From Paragordius varius (lineage: Eukaryota > Animalia > Nematomorpha): a stretch of DNA of 64,000 bases. The stretch covers positions 1,612,001 to 1,676,000 of the forward strand of contig OZ176055.1 in NCBI GenBank assembly GCA_964247055.1. Reading direction: 5' to 3'. Shown piece after piece: positions 37,768-49,300 of the stretch (its first letter is position 1; every line of letters starts with the position of its first letter). The position numbers were made by a program, and so were the translations under genes. The notes beneath the pieces are model-generated. The model saw nothing but the letters and a program-made list of their open reading frames with translations. It made no database searches and was not told the DNA's origin.

Positions 37768-40700
37768 TTATTTATTGTTTTTCATTTTAAAAGCTTCAAC
37801 TTTTTTCTTCATCTCCACATTGTCTCGAATCAATTTGACATTTTCCTTTTTAATCTTGTCCGTTTCCTCTTGTTTACTGGCTTTTTCTTTATTTAATGCT
37901 TCAAATTCTTTCTGTTGATTTTCTACTTGAGTTTGTAAGGATTTGAGTTCCTCGTCGGTTTGCGTTAAGTCCTTATTAATTTTTTTCCCATCTTCATCCA
38001 ACTTAAATTAAGAAATATATATATGTATATACAGTATGCGTTTTAATAGTTGGTTATTTCACACCATAGTTGGATGATAACAACAAAATGTTATATAAAC
38101 AATATTCCTCTTTTTTCATACACTACTGTGTTGCGAATTGCCCAACTATAGCGTGAAATAAGCCACCATTAAAATGCATACTGTATATATCATATGGTCA
38201 TTACATTAAGAAAATTATTAATTTAATTAAACGGCATATCTCAAAAGAGCGCGAACCCCGACGCGCCAATTAAAGCGTAGAGTTGATGGGTTACTCCAAC
38301 AAACCTACTAATTTTTGCTAAATAAAGACATTCTCTTGTTGAAAAAACGGACAATTTAAGCCAAATAAAGTGTTTTATTTTTTTCCATCCGAAATCATAT
38401 AAAAAAAATTTATAAAAATGCTTCAAAATTTGCGGTTTGTTTAAGAGACCACCTAAGTTTTAAGAGAGGCTAAATAAGGGGAGCTAATCTAAAAAAATTG
38501 TGGTCCGCCATAGAAAGAAATTGAGCACAATTTTTTAAACTTATTTATACGTGTAATTATGTCATAATTAAACATTTAAATAAAAAAAGCTTGAGTTATA
38601 GTTACAGTAAAAATTGAATTTATACTGACAAAACGTAAAAATATAAAAAAAAATATTTTTTTTAAAAGACAACTATACTTTTTAAAACCTTAATGTTTCC
38701 CATATAAGCTACCTAGTAAAATACAGAATTAATTGTATTAGTATGATATTCCTCTATTTTACACTTTGCCATTTAAAACGATGAGTTATATTGAAATAAA
38801 TCAAGATTTAAAAAGTATGGTTGTTTTTTAGAAAAAATATTTGTCTTTATTACGTTTTGTCCGTATAATTTCAGTTTTTACTGCACACATAATATTAAAT
38901 TTCGTTTTTTCACTATGACATTTTAAAATTAACGCAAAATCTTTAATTAGTGATTACAATAGACAACTTGGAAATTCAATTCTAAATATAATCCATAGAA
39001 GGTTTCGCCAATGAACGCGGATGCATACCTAAGGGAATCAATCGAATTTTAATTTATCTGCTTTGAAAACCATGAAAGTCACGAACATTAACTAAGAAAC
39101 ATTAATACATCTAAATAGTTTGATAATATACAAAATTCTTAGCACAATTTATTTAAAATTTATAAATTAGAACCGAAGCTTGTGCGATATTACTACCCTT
39201 TGCCCATTGATTTAATTTAGAATATCTATGTTAAATATTGTCAAAGCTAATGGTTGATACGGTTTCACAAAAAGAGATACGGCTCCATTTTTTGTAATAA
39301 GCAATATTTAAATCTTATTTAAGTCAATGTAAGTAATTAAAATAATCATTGCAAATGTATGAATCAGGGGCGTTTGACACAAATACCTTCGCGGGTCGTA
39401 TTATTAAATCAAAAAATTTGGCAAACCTTATTTTAAATACATATGGGCATTCATAATAAGACTCCGAAATGCAAACGCAATATAGTAATTTTTTGTAGTT
39501 CCCGATTAGATAGACTTATTTAAGAAAATTTCTTAAAAAATATCAATTTTGCTAAGATGAGCATATTTTTGCAAATTATAAATTTTCAAATTTTTCGCCG
39601 GCCTCATACAAAGTCTTGGAGGACTGCGTGTTGAACACCCCTAGTTTTAATTTTATTATGCTTATATTATTTAGAAAAATGTAATAGTAGGATAGTTAAA
39701 AACCTCTGTTCAAATATTTGCACAAGTTAATCATATAGTAATTTGTGGTAATTAAAAAATTATGTAGCCTGAACTCCACAAAAAATATCTTGCGCAATAT
39801 ATATTGTGATATGGAAATGTATCGGGATTGTTATGGTGCTTATGGTCCTTACGCGTAACATAAGTGGTAACTGCTCCCTATCTGAAAATAGTAAAATTTA
39901 TGCACATTTTTTAAAATAATTTTATTCTAAAATAATATAATAATATAACTTAAACTACTTATAAAATGCAAAATAAAAAATAAAAAAAAATAATTTTAAG
40001 AAGTGGGCTCCAATGTCCAAATTTACTCTTCGAATCAGGGGTCCTCTTTAAATAAACTCAATAATGCCGGGATAGCGCAATAAAAATTTATAATTTATCC
40101 TATATTTTATCAACTAAAATATTTTTTTAAAAATGCATACTTTATTTCAAAAAAAAATTTAACAAATTTTTGTTGAAGCGTACGTCATTTGAATCGAAAT
40201 GAAAGCAGAAATGCTTAAAAATATCATAAAAACACTTTTCTATATAAGTCGAAGATGCGATTATTTCTATTACCTCATTCAATTTATCGCTTTGTTTGCT
40301 TAAAAATTTTGGTAAATTTTTGTCAAAAACACAAATTTATTTAATGAATTCAAAGACGAAGGAATATTTTAATCGAAATTCTGTTCTGATAGAAATGTTC
40401 ACCATCATCGAAATAAGAAAAGTGTTTTTATAAATTATTTTAGGGTTATAAGTATAAATTGTATCAAGTACAATTCAACAATATTTTATTTTTTGATAAA
40501 ACAATGCATTTTTTATAAATTTTTAGTTAATATCAAAATTTAGCATGTTTTTAAATATTTTATCGCGTAATCCCGGCATTTTTAAGTATATTTTTAGAGG
40601 ACTGGCCTATTTAAGTAGAGCTAAATTTGGGGCTTTCGAAGCTCATATCTAAAAATTAAAATTTTCTAAGATAATGTTTTGCTTTTTATACGTAGTTAAT

Positions 40701-41057
40701 GATTTTTAGTGATTTTTTGGAATAAAGCCTCTAGCTTTGTTCAAAAAATATTATTTAAAAAAAATGTGCGTAAATTTCGCCATTTTCTGTATAAGCACTT
40801 ACTATAAAAGTGTAAATAATTTTTTTAATTCACTCGTTAGGGCCAAAACCAAACATATCAGATGATTCTTGTACATTTCACTATCAGATTACATATATTT
40901 TTTAATTTTCTGCACCATCCGATTTGGGGCGCAAGTGTTTTATTAGGGCAAATTTAATATAAAATATTACTTTGCTAACAGTTTTGCAACTTTTAAACCA
41001 TCCAATAGCACTCGCTAATGCGACCACACCTGCACCAATCATGACTGGATCTGCCAT
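37768..41057 (-). CDS. Small N-terminal membrane-anchored coiled-coil protein, 2 coding exons (41057-40971, 38001-37768), 106 aa
   Basis: MADPVMIGAGVVALASAIGWFKSCKTVSK with phase-0 donor GTAATA at 40970 joins the acceptor AATTTAAG at 38002, giving LDEDGKKINKDLTQTDEELKSLQTQVENQQKEFEALNKEK...KMKNNK* (charged heptad pattern). Extra internal exons cannot be excluded. Confidence 0.7.
38605..38883. mobile_element. Tc1/mariner-type MITE (family T1)
   Basis: TA|CAGTAAAAATTGAATTTATACTGACAAAACG ... CGTTTTGTCCGTATAATTTCAGTTTTTACTG inverted termini. Confidence 0.75.
39365..39643. mobile_element. hAT/Charlie-like MITE (279 bp)
   Basis: Imperfect TIR CAGGGGCGTTTGACAC / GTGTTGAACACCCCTA. The 8-bp flanks GTATGAAT / GTTTTAAT match at 6 of 8. 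Internal GCGGGTCGTA resembles the GCGGGCCGCA motif of Charlie-type MITEs. Confidence 0.55.
39770..40900. mobile_element. Foldback element, family F1; ends approximate
   Basis: Left-arm motifs (AATGCCGGGATAGCGC, TTTTGTTGAAGCGTAC) and their inverses in the right arm (CGCGTAATCCCGGCATT, AAAAGTGTAAATAA...CACTCGTTAGGGCCAAAACC). Confidence 0.6.
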
Positions 41058-43690
41058 AACTTGGCGAGAATGTTCATATAAAAATATTTTTGCAAGCAAT
41101 ATCAAGCTTATAATTAAGTGTAAAAAATTAACATTACATTTATTACTATAACTAATATCAACCTTTTTTGATTGTTGAATAGCAAATAATATATATTAAA
41201 TTTTAATTTTATAACGAGATGGAACCCATCACGAAAAAACCTAGGAATACCTATATGAGTCATTACCTATAAAATGTTTTGGTCATTTAGTAAAGTACAA
41301 AACACAAATCTTTTAGTGTTCATTGGCTTGGTTAAAATACAAAATAAGCTATAATGTTACCAGCAGATTCATTCCGCTTTGTTTAATTGATTTTTTGCAA
41401 AGGTAACTAAAGTGGCCTCCCCATAATTACAATTGTTACATTGTTGATTATCCCCATAATAACCCTATTTTAAAATATTTTTAACATAACATTAAAATTG
41501 AATTAATATACCAATATGTAGGGTGACCAAATAATTATTTTTGGCTTATTATGAAAACTGTTAAAGCCCTACCAATTAAATAGTTTTAAAAACACCCAAT
41601 ATCTAACGGTTTTTATCTCATAAACTTATCTAATAATCGGAAAATTTAATAACACTAGACAACAAATTTTGACTTTTTTAACTGCCATTCTTGTTAATTG
41701 AAAATTTATTTCATTAGAGTACATAAATATTATATCAGAAAAAAATTGGTCTAACACCTAGGAATTTTATTTAATTAGGGTTTATTGATAATTTTTAACT
41801 CCGATTTAACATTAAACTCGAAATTTTCAAAATTAAAAGTTTTAAATATAGAGCCATGTATTTTATGACATTCGAAAGAGCGCAAAAAGCTGTGTCTTTC
41901 GAATGGTGGTTAATTATTTAAATCAATCTGATGTAAAAGTTATTTGGGTTTATATGGTCAAAATTTTAATCCTTAAATAATTTAAAAATTTTCACAGACT
42001 AACTAATTTAACTATCATAAGTATTTTAATATAATTATTAGGGTTATATTTGTAATAATTTTAAAAAGTATGTTTGAAAAAGCTTATTCCTTTTTTAAAA
42101 TTATTATCAAAATTATATCCTAGTGGATACTAAAATGCATAGTTATAACGGTAAATTTATTAAATAATGGTTATAAAAGATCAAGTATACCTTAAGCTAC
42201 ATTTTTAGTCTTTAAAATTATGAAATTTTGGGCTTTCTAAAGAAAATAATTAAAATTTAAAAGATGGTAATTTTTGAAAAGCCAAAAAACTTAAAAATGG
42301 CTGTTATGAATGATATAAAAGCAATAAATAAGTGTTTTTATCAAAAAAAATTTCTTGTGTTATCTTTTTTGGATTTTTATCATCATCTTGACAAAGTTTG
42401 AGCTATTTTCATCCATTAGTTTAAAATTATATTTAAAAACACTCTCGCTTTGTCTGTTGGTCGCTTCCTATCTCCAATATTAACTATCGGTGTAAAAGAT
42501 ATAGTATGCATTTATAGGGTTTTTATTACTCTTTCGAATGATATATTACAAATGAAAATTTCTTGAATATTTTCAAAAAACGTTTTTTATTAACTTTTTA
42601 TAAAGAGGGCGCATAATCAAAAAAATCAAATAATACAATATTCTTAGGTAGAATTATAATTTTTGTTTCAGATTTACTGATTAAATAAATATCAGAAAAT
42701 GAAAAAAACTCGAGTGGCATAAAAATTTGTTGTCCAGTGTAATTAATATGAGTTAATTAGTATATATAGGCGCTATTTAAAATAGGGTCCGTATATGGGT
42801 AAGAAGGGCTGAAAATCTATGTTCATAATTGAGCTGCTTATTTAGGCAATCAATGATCGAAGTCATATGGAAACTTTCCCTTTTAAAAAGTCAATTATAA
42901 CAAATCAGACACAGACACAATTTTATAATTTGTAAACTAATTGCGTGTTAAAAATAATATAAAATGTATAATATATTTTATATATTTTAATATAAGATAT
43001 AAAAAATGCGGAAAATACAAATTATTTTATATGTTATACATAAATTCAATTTAATATGTATTATATAAATTATAATATAGTGACATACTTTTTCAAAATT
43101 TGTGCTAAGCTAAGATAATGATCAATTTTTTCTATCTTTATAATTTTGTATATACCGCTAAACAGCGGTTTTCTTAACACAGATTCTCAAATGAATAATT
43201 TTGTTGACTTTTACTTTCATTTAACATGTTTTATAATCATTTAAATAATCTCTCACCGCAAAAATTTGTCTTTTATAAAACACAACAACCAAGATATATA
43301 TAACATAGTATGTTATTATATTTTGCCAGGGATTTCTTTACATAAATCTTTTTTTTGTAATTAAAAAAATAATTATAAAATTTCTAAAGTTGTATCCATA
43401 CTTCAAATCATATTATGAGAATATCTCAATAAAAAGTGCGCTTCACCTATTTTTGCCTATTAATAATTGAAAAAAAAAGTTTTTTGTTTTCGGCTTCAAT
43501 CCTACTATCTACGTTTCAATTGAGGATGTTTTCAAAACTTCTTTTGACAATTTAATTGCAAAAAAATGAATTAATAATGTCAAGTGGATTTAAAATTATT
43601 TTTCTTACTTGAATTATTTACATATTTACCTTTCATCAAATTTTGAAAAAATTATTCTATCAAGCGAAATATTTGAAAATTTGTTTGAAA

Positions 43691-46040
43691 ATGTCTAAAA
43701 GTCATCAATGGAGCCCTTACTCAAACTACGTTAATCGTGAGGACAGTCTTATTTTTTATGATTATTTCTTGTTTGAAAAAGATGAACACTATGAACACAT
43801 GAATACGTTATTGTATCGATTCTGCAAATTGGCTATACCATCTTACAAATCCAATGTTTACAAATTGTTATCAGGTAGGTATTGTTTGCTGGACAAATTA
43901 TTTTTTCATATTATCACTAATAAATTCAAAATTTATTTGTTCTATCAATGAGTAATTAAAGTTTTTTATCATTCTATAAAATATTTGTATCCGATAAAAA
44001 GTCAATACTCCTATAATTAATTTTTCAAATTATCACGATTTGGGGACGATTTGGGCCTGAAAAATTTAATTTTTTAAATAAGATTGATGACTTTCTTCAA
44101 AAAATTGGGTAAACGCCATATAAGCATGGTAAACGCAATTGTGCTAAACAGGTGATTTTAATATTTATTGTTAAAAAATAATATTGTATAGTTTTATGAA
44201 ATAAATATAAACAATATTGAAGCGAAAAAAAATAGGTTCATATTTGTGCGCTGAGTCTGACCACAAATAATATTTGGACATTAGACTAATTTTTTTATTA
44301 CAACTTATTTAAAATATAAAGATTTCATGGATAAACAAATGCCCCATTCATTCATTCTTTTTCCTGAATTATAAAAAAAATTGGCAAACTCCTTTTCAAC
44401 GCTTTTGTTAATAAAAAATTAATTGTTGTAGCTTTTCACTAAAACAGGTGATATCATAGTATCCATTTTATGATTAGGCGAAATATTACTTTAGCGTTAT
44501 TATCTTTCACCAATTTGCGTTTGATTCCCTATTGTTATTTTCTAATAAACCTTGTTCAGATATTTTTTTGTTGCTAAGCGCGTTTATTTTATTTTATAAA
44601 AAAATATTTGTAGGTCCCTGTCCAACGAAGAAATCAAAACCACGTCCATCCACACCTTTTGGTCTTAGGAAAAAGCATTGCATTCAGGATACTGATTCCT
44701 CTAACATTGCTCATAGATTTGAAGTTCCTGGCCTGGAGTTTGCAACTTTTAATAAAAAAGGGTATTATAAATATCAATTCGGACAAAACAAACATCATTA
44801 CAATGTGGTAACTTTAAAAGCTGTCACAAACATTGAATTGCCTAAGGAAAATGTAAACTGCCCAAAAATTAAATTGGTAGATGACACAGATATGACTCTA
44901 GCAAAGGCTTTTAACCCAAAAAACGGAAATAGTGTAATGCTAGACTTTACTTCTACAAAGGATTTTGAGCAGCCATTTGTTATGAATAATCTACTTACAC
45001 CCATCAGCCCAATGTGTAATTTCCAATCTATTTATGTGGGTGGAAAAGTTATCATTGGTCCATTGAACTACAAAAATGTATCGCATCATGTGGCCATGCT
45101 ATTATATGATTATTTACAAGAAGGTAAACAACCAGTTAACTTATTATCGAAACATAAATATCCCCTTGTATTTCTAACTATTTCAAGTCTTTATCTCAGG
45201 GTTGATTTATTAAATGACATCAATTGTGAAAACGTAAGCAAACCCAGCTGTTCTTGCACCTCCATAAAAATCCATAATACAAACCATGTATGTAAAAGGT
45301 GTAATGATTTAAGTGGGTACGAAGTCAGTTGGAAAAAATTGCACAATTATTACATTAAAAACAGGGAAACATCTCCTCCAGTTAATTCAGATAGTAAAAA
45401 AAGTGAAATAACCCATTTAATGAGTTTGTTTGAATGGAGGCTAGATGAAATTTTTTATGCATATCAGGATACCTTTAATCCTGAACTATTGATTTTCATC
45501 ATAAAACATGAAAACTCAGTGGATATTAACGGATGTGGAACCACAAAATTAAAACCAACCAATATTGATCAAAATTATGAAATAAAAATTAATTCAAGTT
45601 CTTGCGTGAAAGCAAAAAGGTTTCATTTTAATTGCCATGTGTTTGCGTGTCCCAACAATGTTATCTGTAAACAAGCTGTTTTAGCCATTCAAAAATCACG
45701 AACAGCTCATGAGTTTGCGGCGTTAAAACAAATTACTAAGAAAGGCAAAAGCACCACAGTCAATGGGGAAAGAAAAGAAATAACCCCAAAAGGTGGTAAG
45801 TCTAGGAAAAAGACTCCAAAACATAATGATTGTAAAACAAAAAACAACAAAGAAATTTTACACCTTACAAGCGAAGCATATGAGAATAAACCATACTATT
45901 CTAAACCACATTGCATAGATCGGGGGGAAGAGATCTCAAAAAATGTAAATTTGAATTTTACGCAAAAAACTGTAACCAATCATGATGTGTTTAAATGTAC
46001 GCATTCCAAATGCAGTTATTCCCATCTTAAATGTCCTTAA
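43691..46040 (+). CDS. Divergent microbial-type PARG (DUF2263/TIGR02452)-like macrodomain protein lacking the catalytic GGG-x-QEE motif; 2 coding exons (43691-43874, 44614-46040), 536 aa
   Basis: ATG at 43691, donor TCAG|GTAGGT and acceptor TTTGTAG|GT join in phase 1 (1611 nt). By-eye motif order matches the family: KKGYY..QFG...KAVTN, KIKLVDDTDMTLAKAF, SVMLDFTSTKDFEQPF, LLSKHKYPLVFLT, WRLDEIF, NGCG. Gene structure is well supported; the family call is unverified. Confidence 0.6.
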
Positions 46041-46362
46041 ATTATTGTAATTTTTGAAACATTGTTTCTCAAATCTTTTTCATTTTGTACACCCAAAAAT
46101 TTTATAACTCTTTCTGTTAAAAAAACAATCATACAATAAATAATCTTTCTCATTGTTTAAATTCAACAATGCTCAGGTATTTATCTAAGAGGAAATAAAA
46201 TTAATCAATAATTTCTACTCATCCTATTGTCAATTTTAGCAATAAAATACACACAGAATTAATATATTTGCCCAAATTTTTGGAATATCAGCTCTATATT
46301 ACTCTAAACATCATATTTTACCTTTTTAAAATAAATAACTTTCTAAAAATAGATTTAAATGA

Positions 46363-49300
46363 ATGTTTTTTAAACCGTATCCAATTGTGTCTTTGGTATT
46401 TTTTACAATCTCTTTAAAATATTTTCTGAGTGTTTCATCCCAAACAAAAAAAGTATCCTTATATTTAAATCAGACATTAAATTTGAGAAAACCTATTTTA
46501 GATACAGTTAATTCCTCTTATTTAAAATTTAATATTTACGGGAATGTGGAGAATGGTTTTTGGATAACCATATTCGTTGGAACTCCACCTCAAAAAGTAA
46601 TTTATTAAATTCAAATTTTTCTGGTCGGAAAGAATATAGAATCCATAAAATTTATTTAAGAAGGCCCGGTTAAACTTATTTAGTAAGTAAAATAAATTTT
46701 TAATTTAAAAACGACCTTCCCCCCTACCCCATTATAATAATCCCTTCATAATTAGCCTTCTATAATAAAGAGATATTACAGAAATAAAATTATGCGAACA
46801 AAATGTAAAAATCAAATTTTTTAAAGACAACCATACTATTTAAAACCGGATTCCACATAAACCATATAATTACAATAAAACCAATTTACATCGCTATTTC
46901 CCATTTCGTAACTTCGATGAGTTATTTTTATAAAAAATCAGAATTAAAGAAATATAGTTGTTTTTCAAAAAAATATTTTTTTTGTTTTCACATTTTACTG
47001 TTTTTTAATATATGATTGTTTCAAGTTGAATATACTTTCCTAACTTCTTCAGAATTCGTGTATTTCGCCTTATTATGAGCCAAATTTAATTATTGACATA
47101 TATTTTTCTAACTTTATATGTAATAATAGCATATTAATTGCATATTTTAAAAAATGAATTTTAATTGAAACATAATATAAAAAAATACAATTTTATTTCT
47201 AAAAAGGATCATGAGAAGAATTATGAATTTTTATAAAATCGGATGATCATGAAGGAATGACTCTGAAAATAAAAATATTTTAATGATAAAATTTGGTTGT
47301 ATGTTAAATCCCAAATATTAGTAAAACTTAGGATGATTAATATTAAATCAAAATCAGCTATGACTAAAACTAGATATTAAGAATTTTAAACCGGGACCGG
47401 GCTGCTTTTTGTTTTACAAGAAAATAAAATCCCTATTGATTGAAAAGCAAATTAAGCAGTGAAAATAAAAATCTTAATTTGAATTCATTTTTGTCCAAGA
47501 TAAGTCCAGTGAAACTGCTGAAACCATTAAAATTCAATTGGAATCTAGAGTTTTTTAAATTCATTTTGTAGTTTGTTTATAAATATAAAAATGCTCGTCT
47601 GTTAAACCTAAAATTCTTGTTGACGTTTTGGCACCGGTGAGCATATAAAAATGTTTTGTGGGATTGTAAATGGCACTCTTTGGTTAGTATCCGATATACT
47701 TTAGTGTTGTAGGTTTGACACGGCTTAGCGCATTTTTAGGCTTAAACGGCCCTAAAAGTAGATTTAAAAGTGGTCGGGACACACCTTGGCGCACCAAAGA
47801 AAGAAATAAGACATAAATAATTTTAAGTGGAAATATCAGAAGAAAGATACAACCATCATTCTTCGCTCCATCAGTTTATATAATCTTATCACGATTTCGA
47901 TTCTATTATTCATCACATAGATGGATAATATCTCGAAAATTAAAAATAAGGGCAGAAGGATTCTGAATTAAATGGACATAAATACTTTTGAGCAAAATAT
48001 TTTGTCGAATCACATTTTTTTGGATAATAGTTTAGAGAGTTTCTGGGACAAATTTCTTACAATAAGAAATTAAAATCACCACTTTTTAACATTATGGATT
48101 TCAAAAAAGCAAAACAAATCGAAATTATCGTCAACCAAATCCTATATTTTTATATTAACTATTTTTTGGATATTAAGGTAAATGTGCTAATTGATACGGC
48201 TAACAGCAATTTTGTGATCGCATGTGACACGAGGGCTAAAAACGGAACCATATTTGAACCTTCAAAGTAATCAATTTTGCAAAAATATTTTTAACTAACT
48301 TGGTTAAAAATTTTGTGAAGGCTTTTGATAACATTTACATTGTGCATAAAATCAAGGGATAATACAAAAAATTACCCTAATTAATTATGTATATATTCTA
48401 ATAGATATATGAATATGGATTCTCACGGTGCTTTGGTTTTGGTTATAAATTATATAAAAAGTTATTAGCACTTTTATGGTAAAGGCTCCATTTCAGTAAA
48501 TGGCAAACACATTTTGATAAATAAAATTTTTGTTAAAAAATATATCACTTTATGTAATAAACAAAGTTTTAAAAGCAAAACAAAATAAAATTTTAGTTTT
48601 TAGACGTCGGCCCCAAAAATCCCAAATTTTTGGATTCGAAAAGGGACATACTTTATTAATCTAAACGCAAAAATGCCAATTGTGAGGTTTATTTATTCAC
48701 GTATAGCAGTATGGTATAATAAAATAGAGTTGAGAGATAAAAAGAAAAACCAAATAAAAATAGTGAGTTGCTATTATATCACAAGTTCATTTTTATGTGT
48801 GCATGCCTTATTTGCGTAGACGTTACACAATGGTTATTCTCAACAACAGATAAGCTTTAACACGAAATATATATATAATATTCAAATACAAAATAACTGA
48901 TGCAACATGAATTGAGTGTGTTAACAAAATAGAATATTATAACCTTACATTACTCTCCCCCTAAGTTAACCACGGGGGCTGTCGTGTTCGTACATTATAC
49001 CTATAAGTTTAAACGATCGGGAGGCTGCCGTCTTCTTAGCGGATATCTACGCTCGGGTAGGTCAGAAACCTCCTTTACCACGTCGGGTGTAGCCTCTACA
49101 GGCGTCAGCGATTCTGGGGCTACGTCTTGCCATGAGGTAGCCGGCGATGGGGCATGGGCTATTTGAGATTCCGAGGTGGGATGGAAGGTTTGTTCGGAGG
49201 GGGCTTCGACATGACCCGGGACACTTTGCTCTATTAAGGGGTTACTCTCGTATGAATTCCCTCCCGACCTATGTCGTAACTGATCGGCATGTTTGCGTTT

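Noticed and set aside
47390-48100. Relatively GC-rich stretch in BACE intron 1, possibly a decayed retroelement or lost exon
   Set aside because: No frame gave a motif I could assign with confidence, and BACE exons 1 and 2 join without it.
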